Notes: generated by a model not told the origin, from the letters alone. A stretch of DNA of 44,797 nt from a bacterium (GCA_026416755.1 JAOAEP010000069.1:1-44797); one strand, 5' to 3'; positions 9,491 to 19,397 are shown, counted from the stretch's first letter. Numbers and translations: made by a program.

Positions 9491-10255
9491 ATGAAAAAAA
9501 TAGGATCAAAAATAATGGTATTTATGTTTCTATTTTACATAAAAATTACTTTCTCTATAGTAGAATTCGGTTATAAATTTACACCAGAAAATGATGTAAT
9601 GTTTATAACAAAAGAAAATAACTTTCTTGTTCAACCTCAAAGTATTATAGCACATGGGAATATGTTATATTTTGCAGCACAAGATTTCACAAAAAATAGA
9701 GAATTATTAGTGAAAAAGACAAAAGAAGTAAAAGTGATAAAAGATGAACCCAAAAGAAAAATAATAAGAATTACTTATTCATTAGGAGATAAAACAGAGT
9801 ATCCTGAATATTCACTTGTACTTTTTCTTGAAATTAGAGAAGAGTTTTCATTTTTAGCGATATATTCAAAATTTATTTATAATGGAGAAGGAACTTCAGA
9901 ATGTGGAATAAACTGGGCTATGGAAAGCGCTTATGAACCCTATAAATACTATACAATACCTGAAAAAGGTAAAATTATGACTTATAAACTTGAGAAAACT
10001 AAGAAGACAAAAATCGGACAAGCAAATTGGATTTTTGCAAATACAGGAAAAGGAGAAGGAGGTGGATTAATTGCTCCAGCAGTTATATTAGGGAAAGGAG
10101 AGGATTTCATTTTTATCAATAGTGTACCGCCAAAGAAAAAACTTTCAAAAGGTGAATCAATTGATGTATTTATGATCTTTATGCCAATACAGAAAAATTT
10201 TAAGATTCTTGAAGAAATTTTTGATAAAATAAAAACAATAAAATGGGAATATTAA
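9491..10255 (+). CDS. hypothetical exported protein
   Basis: The ORF has a hydrophobic N-terminus. The ATG at 9491 is preferred because GGAGGTGGGT precedes it, and the track GTG at 9485 lies inside that SD. No family recognised. Confidence 0.6.
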   Translation: MKKIGSKIMVFMFLFYIKITFSIVEFGYKFTPENDVMFITKENNFLVQPQSIIAHGNMLYFAAQDFTKNRELLVKKTKEVKVIKDEPKRKIIRITYSLGDKTEYPEYSLVLFLEIREEFSFLAIYSKFIYNGEGTSECGINWAMESAYEPYKYYTIPEKGKIMTYKLEKTKKTKIGQANWIFANTGKGEGGGLIAPAVILGKGEDFIFINSVPPKKKLSKGESIDVFMIFMPIQKNFKILEEIFDKIKTIKWEY

Positions 10256-10268
10256 AAGGAGGTGGAAG

Positions 10269-10751
10269 ATGGCATTTACAGAGGAAGAAAGAAAAAAAAT
10301 TGAAGAAGAAGAAAAATTAAGAATAAAATTAAGATTAAAATACGAACAAAAATCATCAGGTCTTGCTGGAGTATTATCAAGTATTTGTCCTGGACTCGGA
10401 CAAATTTATAATGGTCAGTTTGGAAAAGCAAGTTTAATTATGTTTTTAATTCTTTTATTTTTGGTTGTTTTTTCTTTAGGGATTACATTTATGGTTAAGG
10501 GTCTCCCTCAAAAAGGAGAAAAGGTAGGTCTTATTGAAGAAGAAAAACCAGTAGAAATTACAGAAGAAGGAATAGTTATAGAAGAAACAGAAAAAGAAGA
10601 AAAGAAAGATGAAGTAAAGGAGAAAGCCAAATCACCTTACATTTTAACAATCATAGGTCTTGTTGGGTTATGTTATACTTGGAATTATAATGTTAAAGAT
10701 GCAATAAGAACTGCAAAAAAGATAAATGAAGAAATATTAAAAGAATTATGA
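10269..10751 (+). CDS. hypothetical membrane protein
   Basis: 160 aa, preceded by an AAGGAGGTGG SD. It has two hydrophobic segments and a PGLGQIYNG motif, with a Glu/Lys-rich loop between them. Confidence 0.6.
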   Translation: MAFTEEERKKIEEEEKLRIKLRLKYEQKSSGLAGVLSSICPGLGQIYNGQFGKASLIMFLILLFLVVFSLGITFMVKGLPQKGEKVGLIEEEKPVEITEEGIVIEETEKEEKKDEVKEKAKSPYILTIIGLVGLCYTWNYNVKDAIRTAKKINEEILKEL

Positions 10752-11369
10752 ATTCTTTAATTTGCAAATCAAAGCACCAAGTTCTGAAGCCATATCTACA
10801 TAACTTACAAAAATATGGGGAGGCAAATTTAATCTAACAGGAGCAAAATTTAATATTCCTTTTATCCCTACTTGAATAATAGTTTTAGCCACTTCCTGTG
10901 CCATTTCACTAGGAACAGTAATAATCCCTATTTGTACTTTCTCTTTTTCTATAAATTTTTTCAATTCTTTCATTCCCATTATTTTCATTCCTTCAACTTC
11001 TTTACCTATTTTGCTAGGGTCATTATCAAAAATTCCAATAATTTCCATATTTAAAGATGAAAATCCCTTATATCTTATTAGTGCAGAACCCAATCTACCA
11101 ACACCAATAAGTATAACTTTCACTTTTTTATCAATTCCTATAATTTTCTTTAATTCTTTTATAAGTAAATTTACATCATATCCAATACCTCTTTTCCCAA
11201 ATTTACCAAAATATGATAAGTCCTTTCTAAATTGTTCTGAAGGAATATTTAAAAAATTTGTAATTTCAGATGAAGAAACAATCTTTTTCCCTTTCTTTTG
11301 AATGTCAATTAAATATCTTAAATAAACTGGTAATCTTTTTATTGTATCGTAAGGTATATATTTTTTCAT
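10746..11369 (-). CDS. rex: redox-sensing transcriptional repressor Rex
   Basis: 207 aa. Contains IKRLPVYLRYL, SSSEI......P.QFRKDLSYFG.FG.RG.GY and the Rossmann motif ILIGVGRLGSAL. Confidence 0.9.
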   Translation of the reverse strand: MKKYIPYDTIKRLPVYLRYLIDIQKKGKKIVSSSEITNFLNIPSEQFRKDLSYFGKFGKRGIGYDVNLLIKELKKIIGIDKKVKVILIGVGRLGSALIRYKGFSSLNMEIIGIFDNDPSKIGKEVEGMKIMGMKELKKFIEKEKVQIGIITVPSEMAQEVAKTIIQVGIKGILNFAPVRLNLPPHIFVSYVDMASELGALICKLKNS

Positions 11370-12175
11370 GCTCTTGATTTTCCCCCAGAAATATTTATAG
11401 TTGTACCTGTAATGTAACTTGCAAGGTCTGAAATTAAAAAAACGACAAGATTAGCAACTTCTTCAAGGGTACCTACTCTTTTCAATGGTATTGAAAGTTT
11501 TTCATATGATTTTTTTAATTCTTCCACTGTTATACCACGAGTATAAGCAAGCGCTCTTTCATATTCCTCACTTCTTAAAGCAGTAGGTTCAAGTATTCCA
11601 GGAGCAACTCCTACAACTCTTATATTGTATTTCCCCAATTCTTTTGCCCAACTCCTAGTAAAAGAATAAATTGCAGCCTTTGTGGCTGCATAAACACTTT
11701 GTCCTTCTGAACCTTCAAGAGCAGATTCAGAAGCCATATTTATTATTACTCCTTTTTTATTTTTTATCATTTCCCTTGCTACTGCTTGAGCGCATAATAA
11801 ATATCCTTTTTGATTAATGTTAACCATCCTATCAAAAATTTCCTCTGTAATTTCTTCTTTACCATTAGGATCAACTAAAAGTCGCGGAATTAAAATTCCT
11901 GCATTATTAACTAAATAATCTATTTTCCCAAAAATTTCTTTTGTCTTTGTAATAAGGTTTAAAACCTCTTTTTGGTTTGAAACGTCTGTTTTAAAAAAAT
12001 AAATTTCTCCCCTTTTTTTCAACTCTTCAACTGTTTTTTCTCCTTCTTTTTCATTTATATCAGCAATCATTACTTTACCATGTGCTTGAATAATTTTTTC
12101 TACTATGGCTTTCCCAATACCTCCTGCTCCTCCGGTTACTATTCCTGCATAATTTTCTAAATTAATTTCAATCAT
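11366..12175 (-). CDS. SDR family oxidoreductase
   Basis: 269 aa. Has TGGAGGIGKA cofactor-binding and YAATKAA (YxxxK) active-site motifs. It overlaps the rex start by 4 nt. Confidence 0.85.
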   Translation of the reverse strand: MIEINLENYAGIVTGGAGGIGKAIVEKIIQAHGKVMIADINEKEGEKTVEELKKRGEIYFFKTDVSNQKEVLNLITKTKEIFGKIDYLVNNAGILIPRLLVDPNGKEEITEEIFDRMVNINQKGYLLCAQAVAREMIKNKKGVIINMASESALEGSEGQSVYAATKAAIYSFTRSWAKELGKYNIRVVGVAPGILEPTALRSEEYERALAYTRGITVEELKKSYEKLSIPLKRVGTLEEVANLVVFLISDLASYITGTTINISGGKSRA

Positions 12176-12235
12176 TTTCTCTCCATTTATGTCATAAATT
12201 TAGTTTCATTTTTGGATATTACAAAAAAATTATTT

Positions 12236-12263
12236 TTGACTTTATCATTTTAAATACTATATC
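12236..12263 (+). promoter_or_regulatory. candidate promoter for the ROK kinase-fmt operon
   Basis: TTGACT (12236-12241), a 16-nt spacer, then TATATC (12258-12263). It is followed by an AAAGGAGG SD and the ATG at 12294. Consensus match only. Confidence 0.3.
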
Positions 12264-12293
12264 ATTATATATGAAATTTAAAAAGGAGGCAAA

Positions 12294-13232
12294 ATGAAAA
12301 AAGCTATTGGCATTGACCTGGGTGGAACTTATATAAAAGCAGGTCTTGTCAATGAAAAAGGTGAGATTTTAAAAAAAGAACAATTTCCAACACTTGGTGA
12401 AAAAAATGACAGAAATTTAGTTCTTGCACAAATTGAAAAAAGTATTGAATTTGCCTTTGAAGAAGATATTGATGGTATTGGTATTGGAACACCTGGAGTA
12501 GTAGATGACAAAGGAATTGTTTATGAAGCACCAAATTTACCGGGATGGGATAACTTAAATCTTAAAAAAATATTTGAGGATAGATTTAAAAAGAAGGTTG
12601 TTGTTGAAAATGATGTCAATGCAATTGCTTGGGGTGAATATCTTTTTGGAGCAGGAAAGGGAAGTAACACAATGATATGTATAACACTTGGAACAGGTCT
12701 CGGTGGAGGAATTGTTAAAGATGGTAAACTTTTAAGAGGGGGAAAATATTCAGCTATTGAAATAGGGCATATTCCAATTGATTATAGGGGACCGAAATGT
12801 AAATGTGGAAATTATGGATGTATTGAAAGATTTGTTGGTAGAGATTATATAATAGAAAGAGCAATTAAAAAAATCAAAGAAGGAGAGAAAACAAAAATTT
12901 ATGAACTTGTAAATGGTGATTTGGATAAAATTACTCCCAAAACAATTTCTGAAGCGTATGAGTTAGGGGATAAATTGGCAGAAGAAATATGGATAGATGT
13001 TGGTATATGTCTAGGTGCAATGTTTTCTGGGCTTGTAAATCTTTTAAATCCTGATTTAATAATAATTGGTGGAGGTATTGCACAAGTGGGGAAAATTTTA
13101 TTTGAAACAATAGAAAAAGTAATAAAAGAAAGGGCGATGAGAATTTTAACACAAAATTTGAAAATTCTTCCAGCGGGTCTTGGAATAAACTCAGGAATAG
13201 TTGCTTCTGCAGCGTTAGTATTTCAAAAATGA
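12294..13232 (+). CDS. ROK family glucokinase/sugar kinase
   Basis: 312 aa. Contains IGIDLGGT.IKAG, DVNA.A.GE and the ROK zinc motif CKCGNYGCIE. Confidence 0.8.
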   Translation: MKKAIGIDLGGTYIKAGLVNEKGEILKKEQFPTLGEKNDRNLVLAQIEKSIEFAFEEDIDGIGIGTPGVVDDKGIVYEAPNLPGWDNLNLKKIFEDRFKKKVVVENDVNAIAWGEYLFGAGKGSNTMICITLGTGLGGGIVKDGKLLRGGKYSAIEIGHIPIDYRGPKCKCGNYGCIERFVGRDYIIERAIKKIKEGEKTKIYELVNGDLDKITPKTISEAYELGDKLAEEIWIDVGICLGAMFSGLVNLLNPDLIIIGGGIAQVGKILFETIEKVIKERAMRILTQNLKILPAGLGINSGIVASAALVFQK

Positions 13233-14158
13233 AAATAATATTTTTTGGAAGCGATATTTTTGGTTTACCTTGTCTTGAAGTTTTAAAAAGGAAATATAAC
13301 CTCGTTGCCATTGTAACAATTCCAGATAAACCAAAGGGAAGAGGTTTAAAGATGTCTCCAACACCAGTAAAAGAATGGGGATTTGTAAATAATATAGAGG
13401 TTTTAACTCCAGTAAATTTTGACAATGAATTTATAAATAAAATAAAAAAAATTTCACCACATTTTATAGTTGTCATTTCATATGGAAAAATTCTTCCTGT
13501 CTCAATAATTAAAATACCTAAAATCGCTTGTATAAATCTTCATCCTTCTCTCTTACCAAAATATAGAGGACCTGCTCCGATAGAATGGGCAATAATAAAT
13601 GGAGAAACAAAAACAGGAATAACTACTATAAAAATGAATGAAAAAGTTGATGAAGGAGAGATTATATTACAAAAAGAAATTGAAATTTTACCATCTGATA
13701 ATGTCATCACTTTAAAGAATAAACTTTCACAATTAGCACCTGAAGTTTTAATAGAAAGTATTGAAATTTTACTTAAAGAAAATAGAACTTATCCTCAAAT
13801 TGGTATTCCATCTTATGCTCCCAAATTAAAAAAAGAAGATGGACTTATAAATTGGGAAAAAGATGCAGAAAAAATTCATAATCTTATAAAAGGAATTATG
13901 ATATGGCCAACTGCATATACTTACTTAAATCAAAATTCAACAAAAAAACTTGTAAAAATATTTAAAACAGAAATTGGAGAAAAAGAAAAAGTATTGGGAA
14001 AACCAGGAGAAATAATAAAAATTGAAAAGGATTATATTGAAGTTTCTTGTGGTAGAGGAAGTTTAAAAATAAAAGAATTACAGATTGAAGGAAAAAAAAG
14101 AATGTCTGTTTCTCAATTTCTGTGTGGATATAGGAATGTTTTAAAAAGTTTTGGTTAA
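13229..14158 (+). CDS. fmt: methionyl-tRNA formyltransferase
   Basis: 309 aa. Contains MKIIFFGS..FG...L and NLHPSLLPKYRGPAPIEWAIING, plus a C-terminal IKELQ.EGKK..S..F domain. Confidence 0.9.
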   Translation: MKIIFFGSDIFGLPCLEVLKRKYNLVAIVTIPDKPKGRGLKMSPTPVKEWGFVNNIEVLTPVNFDNEFINKIKKISPHFIVVISYGKILPVSIIKIPKIACINLHPSLLPKYRGPAPIEWAIINGETKTGITTIKMNEKVDEGEIILQKEIEILPSDNVITLKNKLSQLAPEVLIESIEILLKENRTYPQIGIPSYAPKLKKEDGLINWEKDAEKIHNLIKGIMIWPTAYTYLNQNSTKKLVKIFKTEIGEKEKVLGKPGEIIKIEKDYIEVSCGRGSLKIKELQIEGKKRMSVSQFLCGYRNVLKSFG

Positions 14159-14185
14159 AGTAAGCGGATAAAATAAAAAAACAAG

Positions 14186-15034
14186 TTGAATTTAAAAAAT
14201 ATGAAACTTGGGGGACCTGTTTTTGAAAAATATACTACTCCAGAAGAATGGATTAACTTATTAAAAAAAGAAGATTATAAAGCAGGTTATTGTCCTGTTG
14301 ATTTGGATACACCTGAAGAAATTATTCATGAATACCGGAAATTAGCTTTTAAAGAAAAAATTATTATTGCAGAAGTAGGTACATGGTGCAATCCTTTAAG
14401 TTCTGAAATTGAAGAGAGAAAAAAAGCAATAGAAAAGTGTAAAAAAGGTCTTTATTTAGCAGAAAAAATTGGGGCAAATTGCTGTGTAAATATCTCTGGC
14501 TCAAGAGGTAAAAAATGGGATGGACCTGATAAGAAAAATTTAACAAGGGAAACTTTTGATATGATAGTAAAGACAGTAAGAGAAATTATAGATGAAATTA
14601 AACCTAAAAATACATATTATACATTGGAAACTATGCCATGGATGTATCCTGATTCTGCTGACATATATTTAAAACTCATCAAAGCAATAGATAGAAAATC
14701 ATTTGCGGTCCATTTTGATCCTGTGAATCTTATAAATACTCCGAAAAAATATTTTTTCAATGATATTCTGATAAAAGACTTTATAAAAAAACTGGGTTTT
14801 TATATAAAATCATGTCATGCAAAGGACATTATAATCAGAGAAAAACTGACATTGCATCTCGAAGAAATAAGACCTGGATTGGGAAATTTAAATTACAGAA
14901 TACTTTTAAAAGAACTTAATAAATTAGATAAAAATATTCCTTTAATGCTTGAACATCTACCTTCCTATGACGAATATAAAAAAGCAAAAGAACATATTAG
15001 AAAAATTGCTTTAGAAGAAGGAATTGAATTATAA
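14186..15034 (+). CDS. sugar phosphate isomerase/epimerase (xylose isomerase-like TIM barrel)
   Basis: 282-aa ORF. The pattern of AP-endonuclease-2/xylose-isomerase-like barrels is present (LE.MP, HFDP.N, H.KD, ..EH.). The track start is a TTG, and the ATG at 14201 (MKLGGPVFEK) is an equally plausible start. Confidence 0.6.
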   Translation: MNLKNMKLGGPVFEKYTTPEEWINLLKKEDYKAGYCPVDLDTPEEIIHEYRKLAFKEKIIIAEVGTWCNPLSSEIEERKKAIEKCKKGLYLAEKIGANCCVNISGSRGKKWDGPDKKNLTRETFDMIVKTVREIIDEIKPKNTYYTLETMPWMYPDSADIYLKLIKAIDRKSFAVHFDPVNLINTPKKYFFNDILIKDFIKKLGFYIKSCHAKDIIIREKLTLHLEEIRPGLGNLNYRILLKELNKLDKNIPLMLEHLPSYDEYKKAKEHIRKIALEEGIEL

Positions 15035-15052
15035 ATTAAAAGGAGGTTAATT

Positions 15053-15739
15053 ATGAATTACAAAAAGGTAATCATTTTTGGAGCCCATCCTGATGATGAA
15101 ATAACAATGGCAGGAACTATATATAAAATGTCAAAAAAGGGAACAAAAGTAATAGTTATCACAATGACCAATGGATGTGAAGGTTACTCTGATTTAAAAA
15201 TGAAAGATAAAATTGTAGACATTAGAAAAAAAGAAGCAGAAGAATGTGATAAAGTATTAGGAATCACCAAACGGATATTTTTAGATATCCCTGATATGGC
15301 ACTTACTAACAATAAAGAAACATTAAAACAATGCATAAAAATTATAAGAGAAGAAAAACCAGATGCAATATTTACACATGGACCAGTGGATAACCATAGA
15401 GATCATATAAATACATATTTTATCTCAGTTGAAGCAAGATGGCATGCGGGAGAACCAGTGGCAATAGAACTTGGAAACCCTTGGTATACAAAATATTTGT
15501 ATTATTATAAAGGTATTATGGATGGATTACCTTCTATAATAGTTGATATAACAGATGTCGCAGAAAAAAAATATGAGGCCTTGATAACTCAGGTATCCCA
15601 ATATAAAATTTTTAGAAAGAATAAAAAGGATTTTTTATCTGAAATTGAAATAATAAAAAAGACACGACCTAAAAAAATAGAACAATTTTGGATTTCTGAT
15701 AAGGTTATAATATCTGACTTTTTACCTAAAGAAATTTAA
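15053..15739 (+). CDS. PIG-L (LmbE) family deacetylase
   Basis: 228 aa. Contains IIFGAHPDDEI..AGT and HRDH zinc-binding motifs. An AAAGGAGG SD lies upstream. Confidence 0.8.
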   Translation: MNYKKVIIFGAHPDDEITMAGTIYKMSKKGTKVIVITMTNGCEGYSDLKMKDKIVDIRKKEAEECDKVLGITKRIFLDIPDMALTNNKETLKQCIKIIREEKPDAIFTHGPVDNHRDHINTYFISVEARWHAGEPVAIELGNPWYTKYLYYYKGIMDGLPSIIVDITDVAEKKYEALITQVSQYKIFRKNKKDFLSEIEIIKKTRPKKIEQFWISDKVIISDFLPKEI

Positions 15740-15743
15740 CAAT

Positions 15744-16586
15744 TCATTTTTTATAGAGACATAAATTATTCAAAATCCTCTCACATGATATTTTTTCTTT
15801 TTCTTTATATAATGAAATCCTCCTTAAAAGTTCATCAAAATCAACAAGATGTGCATCAAAATCAGGACCATCAACACAAGCAAATTTAACAACACCTCCT
15901 ACAGTAACCCTACATCCACCACACATCCCTGTTCCGTCTATCATTATTGGATTTAAACTTGCGATGGTTTTTATATTATAATTTTTTGTGATTTCTGCTA
16001 CTTTTTTCATCATAGGAACTGGACCTGCTGTTAAAACCAGATCAAATATTTCACCATTTTTAAGCAATCTCTCAAGTATCTCAGTATTAAATCCTTTTTC
16101 TCCATAACTTCCATCATCTGTTGAGATGTACAGATTATCACTAATTTGTCTCATTTCTTCTTCAAGTATTATTAAGTTTTTACTCCTTGCCCCAATAATT
16201 GTTGTTATTTTATTTCCTTTTTCTTTAAATGATTTCCCCATCCAGAAAACAAATGCAGAACCTACCCCTCCAACAATTATACATACATGTCCATAATTTT
16301 TTATCTCAGTAGGTTTCCCTAAAGGACCAACAACATCAAGAATCTCATCTCCCTCTTCTAAAAGTCCAAGTTTTATCGTTGAAGTCCCAACCTCTTGAAA
16401 AATTAATGTAATAGTCCCTTTTTCTACATTTTTCCCAGCAATAGTCAAAGGAATTCTTTCTCCTCTTTCATCAACTCTTAAAACAACAAATTGACCTGGT
16501 AATGCTTTTTCAGCAATTAAAGGTGAGTATATTTCAATTCTTTTAATCTTTTCCGCAAGTTCCTCTTTTCTTATAATTTTATTCAT
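15744..16586 (-). CDS. sulfide/dihydroorotate dehydrogenase-like FAD/NAD-binding protein (NfnA/SudB-like)
   Basis: Contains PGQFV.LR....GERIPLTI, a GGVG NAD(P) loop and the C-terminal [2Fe-2S] motif CGGCRV......FACVDGP.FD. The start is set at the ATG at 16586, which forms an ATGA overlap with the upstream stop. The track start at 16601 is also possible. Confidence 0.75.
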   Translation of the reverse strand: MNKIIRKEELAEKIKRIEIYSPLIAEKALPGQFVVLRVDERGERIPLTIAGKNVEKGTITLIFQEVGTSTIKLGLLEEGDEILDVVGPLGKPTEIKNYGHVCIIVGGVGSAFVFWMGKSFKEKGNKITTIIGARSKNLIILEEEMRQISDNLYISTDDGSYGEKGFNTEILERLLKNGEIFDLVLTAGPVPMMKKVAEITKNYNIKTIASLNPIMIDGTGMCGGCRVTVGGVVKFACVDGPDFDAHLVDFDELLRRISLYKEKEKISCERILNNLCLYKK

Positions 16587-17884
16587 TTGGTTTTCTCCCA
16601 TTTAAGAAGTTCCATTACACTACTTAAAGTTCCTCCTTCAAGTATCTCTTTTCTTATTCTATTTTCTCTTTCAAAAACATCCATAGCCCTATTTGTAATT
16701 TCAACTATTTTTTCTTTAGGTATTACAACAACACCATCCAGATCCCCAACTATCCAATCTCCGGGTATAATTAATTGTCCACCTATTTTTATTGGAATAT
16801 TTATTTCTCCAAAACCCTTTGGTTCACCTGCAGAAGGAGTTATAATTTTGGCAAAAACAGGAAATTTAAGTTTAATTATCTCCTCTATGTCTCTCACTCC
16901 TCCATAAATTACTACCCCTTCAATTTTTTTAATAATAGCACTATGTGTCGCAAGTTCTCCCCAACAAGCAGGTCCAACCCCTCCTGCATCAATTACAATA
17001 ATATCTCCCTCTTCAGCAATGTCTATTGCTTCAACTGGTTTTGCCCAATCTCCTGGATAAGTTCTCACAGTTATACATTTCCCCGCAATTTTGACATTAT
17101 CTTTTAATATCGCCTTAATTCCTTTTATCCACCCCCCTCTATGTAAAGCATCAGAAATATTAGCAGTTGAAATGTTTTTAAGAATTGTTTTTACATCTTC
17201 AAGTCCTACTCTTTTATAAAGTTTTGTAATAATTGGTTTACTTGTCTCTATTGCTTTTTTTATTTCTTCAATAGATTTTTTTACATTTGGTGATTTTGTT
17301 ATTGCTCCTCCTATTATCAAAATTGAAGCTCCTGCTTTAAGTGCCTCTACTACATTTTCAGAATTTAATCCACCAGCAATTGCCACAGGAATATCAATAT
17401 TTTTTACCACTTCACTCAGAAATTCAAAAGAAATTTCTCCTTTCATCTGTTGGTCTATTGGTATATGAACTCCTAAATAATTTATCCCAAGTTTTGCTAC
17501 TTCTTTTGCTCTTTTTAAGTTCGCTGATTCTTCCATTAAATCCACCATTACCTCTCCACCATAATTTTTAGAAGATCCAATGCATTCCATTATCGTTTCA
17601 TTTGATGCATTTCCCATAACCACTACTACATCAGCACCTGCTTTAAATGCCATTTCACTTTCAATTCTCCCTGCATCCATAATTTTCATGTCTGCAATTA
17701 TTTTTTTTCTTGGAAATAGTTTTCTAAGTTTTCTTATTATTTCAACCCCACATGATTTTATCAAAGGAGTACCTGCTTCAATCCACTCAATACCACATTC
17801 TACTGCTTCCTTGGCAAGTTTTAACGCTCTTTTTTCATCAACAAAGTCAAGTGCAAGTTGAATGATAGGAAATTTGCTATTCAT
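16583..17884 (-). CDS. bifunctional 3-hexulose-6-phosphate synthase / RraA-family (aldolase or RNase-regulator-like) fusion protein
   Basis: 433 aa. The N-terminal half is IIQLALDF......A......IEAGTPLIK...ADMKIMD (the HPS/OMPDC-type barrel). The C-terminal half is ISDAL.R.G...GIK...G.....GELAT.....K.EGVVIYGGVRD (RraA/DlpA-like). Confidence 0.8.
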   Translation of the reverse strand: MNSKFPIIQLALDFVDEKRALKLAKEAVECGIEWIEAGTPLIKSCGVEIIRKLRKLFPRKKIIADMKIMDAGRIESEMAFKAGADVVVVMGNASNETIMECIGSSKNYGGEVMVDLMEESANLKRAKEVAKLGINYLGVHIPIDQQMKGEISFEFLSEVVKNIDIPVAIAGGLNSENVVEALKAGASILIIGGAITKSPNVKKSIEEIKKAIETSKPIITKLYKRVGLEDVKTILKNISTANISDALHRGGWIKGIKAILKDNVKIAGKCITVRTYPGDWAKPVEAIDIAEEGDIIVIDAGGVGPACWGELATHSAIIKKIEGVVIYGGVRDIEEIIKLKFPVFAKIITPSAGEPKGFGEINIPIKIGGQLIIPGDWIVGDLDGVVVIPKEKIVEITNRAMDVFERENRIRKEILEGGTLSSVMELLKWEKTK

Positions 17885-18624
17885 TTCGCCTTCCTTGCTA
17901 TCATAATAAAACCAGTATGCCCTCTCATCAAATCCACTGGTCTTGTTCTTTTCTCATCAACAAGCCATTTTCTTTCTAATATTTCAAAAACGTTTATGTC
18001 TATAAAACCATTAATTTCTTCAATAAATCTTTTAATCTGCATAATCTGTGGATTATAGTTTACCAGAATTCCTCCTATTTTCAAATATTTTAAAACACCT
18101 TTTGCTCTCCATGGCTCTGATAAGTCTAAAAATATCTTGTCTGCCCATTTTTCTTCAATATTAAGGTTAAAATTTTCATCATATACATCCCCAATAACAA
18201 ATTGTAAATTTTCTGGAATTTTCCCAAAATAGTTTTCCACATTTTTTTCTGCAATATTTTTAAATTCTTCTTTTTTTTCAATTGTTATAATCTTACCTTT
18301 TTTTACTCTAGATAGAATACCAATTAATAAAGAACCTGAACCTGTTCCTGCTTCAATAACATTATCTGTTTCAGTAAGATCAGAATAAAACAATATTATA
18401 GCCAAATCTTTAGGATAAATAATCTGAGTTTTTCTTTTTATTTTAAAAATGAAATCAGAAATTGTAGGTGAAAAGAAATAGCAATCTTTACCACAAATTA
18501 AACTACTTTTAATTCCCTCTTCAAACTCTGGAATTTCAATATCTCCAAGATGAGTTGAAAATTTTTTTAAATTTTTATCAACGAGCCATTTTCTTCCATT
18601 GTAATAAATGATTATTTTTTTCAT
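17881..18624 (-). CDS. trmI: tRNA (adenine-N1)-methyltransferase (TrmI/Gcd14 family)
   Basis: Contains RKTQIIYPKD, the SAM motif VIEAGTGSGSL, D.VFLDL..PW and RP......HTGF......K. The start is moved to the ATG at 18624 (MKKIIIYYNG), which abuts the upstream stop. The track start at 18684 would overlap the SDR gene by 58 nt. Confidence 0.75.
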   Translation of the reverse strand: MKKIIIYYNGRKWLVDKNLKKFSTHLGDIEIPEFEEGIKSSLICGKDCYFFSPTISDFIFKIKRKTQIIYPKDLAIILFYSDLTETDNVIEAGTGSGSLLIGILSRVKKGKIITIEKKEEFKNIAEKNVENYFGKIPENLQFVIGDVYDENFNLNIEEKWADKIFLDLSEPWRAKGVLKYLKIGGILVNYNPQIMQIKRFIEEINGFIDINVFEILERKWLVDEKRTRPVDLMRGHTGFIMIARKAK

Positions 18625-18626
18625 TT

Positions 18627-19397
18627 TTAAAGACAAGTCCATCCACCATCTATAAGAATTGTGCTTCCTGTTATAAAAGGACAAGCATCAGAGGCAAGAA
18701 ATACAGCCAAAGGTCCAATTTCTTCTGGTTCTCCTATTCTGCCAACTGGAATTTTTTCAATAAATGATTTTTTAATGTCTGGATCTTTTAATATCTTTTC
18801 ATTTATTTCAGTATTAAAAACCCCTGGACATATACAATTAACTGTAATATTGTATTTAGCCCACTCAACAGCAAGGGTTTTTGTAAGTTGAATAATTGCT
18901 CCTTTTGTAGATGAATAAATACTTCTCCCAGGAATTGTTACGAAACTTAATATTGAACCTACCGTAATAATTTTCCCATATTTTTTCTCTATCATATGCT
19001 TTCCAACAATTTTACATGTATACCAAGTTCCAAAAAAATTTGTATCAAATAAATCTTTTGCTTCTTCAATAGTAAATTCTTCTGCATTTTTTCGAATATT
19101 TATTCCTGCGGAAGTTATAAGAATATCAATTTTACCAAACTCCTTTATAGTTCTTTCAACAAAATTTTCAATATCCTTATATTTTCTAACATCACCTTTT
19201 ATAAAAATTATTTTTTTTCCAGTTTTTTCTGATAACTCTTTTTCCACCAATTCCCCTACCTTCTCATCCCTTCCAATTATAGAAACAAAAGCACCTGCAT
19301 CTGCAAGTGACTTAGCCATTTCTTTTCCAAGCCCTTTTGTCCCTCCTGTCACAAGTGCTATTTTCCCATCCAAAGAAAATTTTTCTAAAATTTTCAT
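18627..19397 (-). CDS. SDR family oxidoreductase (FabG / gluconate 5-dehydrogenase-like)
   Basis: 256 aa. Has VTGGTKGLGKEMA, NAG-like TSAG and the YSSTKGA active site. Confidence 0.85.
   Translation of the reverse strand: MKILEKFSLDGKIALVTGGTKGLGKEMAKSLADAGAFVSIIGRDEKVGELVEKELSEKTGKKIIFIKGDVRKYKDIENFVERTIKEFGKIDILITSAGINIRKNAEEFTIEEAKDLFDTNFFGTWYTCKIVGKHMIEKKYGKIITVGSILSFVTIPGRSIYSSTKGAIIQLTKTLAVEWAKYNITVNCICPGVFNTEINEKILKDPDIKKSFIEKIPVGRIGEPEEIGPLAVFLASDACPFITGSTILIDGGWTCL

Noticed and set aside
10741-10757. A small palindrome (AAGAATT-ATG-AATTCTT) contains the overlapping convergent stop codons of the membrane protein gene and rex. It could be a bidirectional terminator.
   Set aside because: It is a 7-bp all-A/T/G stem with a 3-nt loop and no flanking U-tract of note. 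It is thermodynamically negligible.
12176-12235. A possible Rex operator lies in the divergent SDR-rex / ROK promoter region (ATGAAACTAAATTTATGACAT, partially palindromic).
   Set aside because: It matches the remembered Rex consensus (TTGTGAA-N6-TTCACAA) poorly, because only the outer ATG/CAT and the central AAATTT are symmetric. In a genome of about 30% GC, such AT palindromes are expected by chance.
12931-13476. A 181-aa ORF in the track lies antisense to the ROK kinase/fmt junction. Similar antisense or out-of-frame track ORFs occur at, for example, 756-1144, 16587-17107, 17341-17861, 28837-29145, 29802-30114, 40195-40383 and 41881-42096.
   Set aside because: All lie entirely inside longer ORFs that have clear family motifs on the other strand or frame. 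Their translations are low-complexity (Leu/Phe/Ser/Ile-rich) with no recognisable motifs and no SD. They are best explained as chance ORFs.
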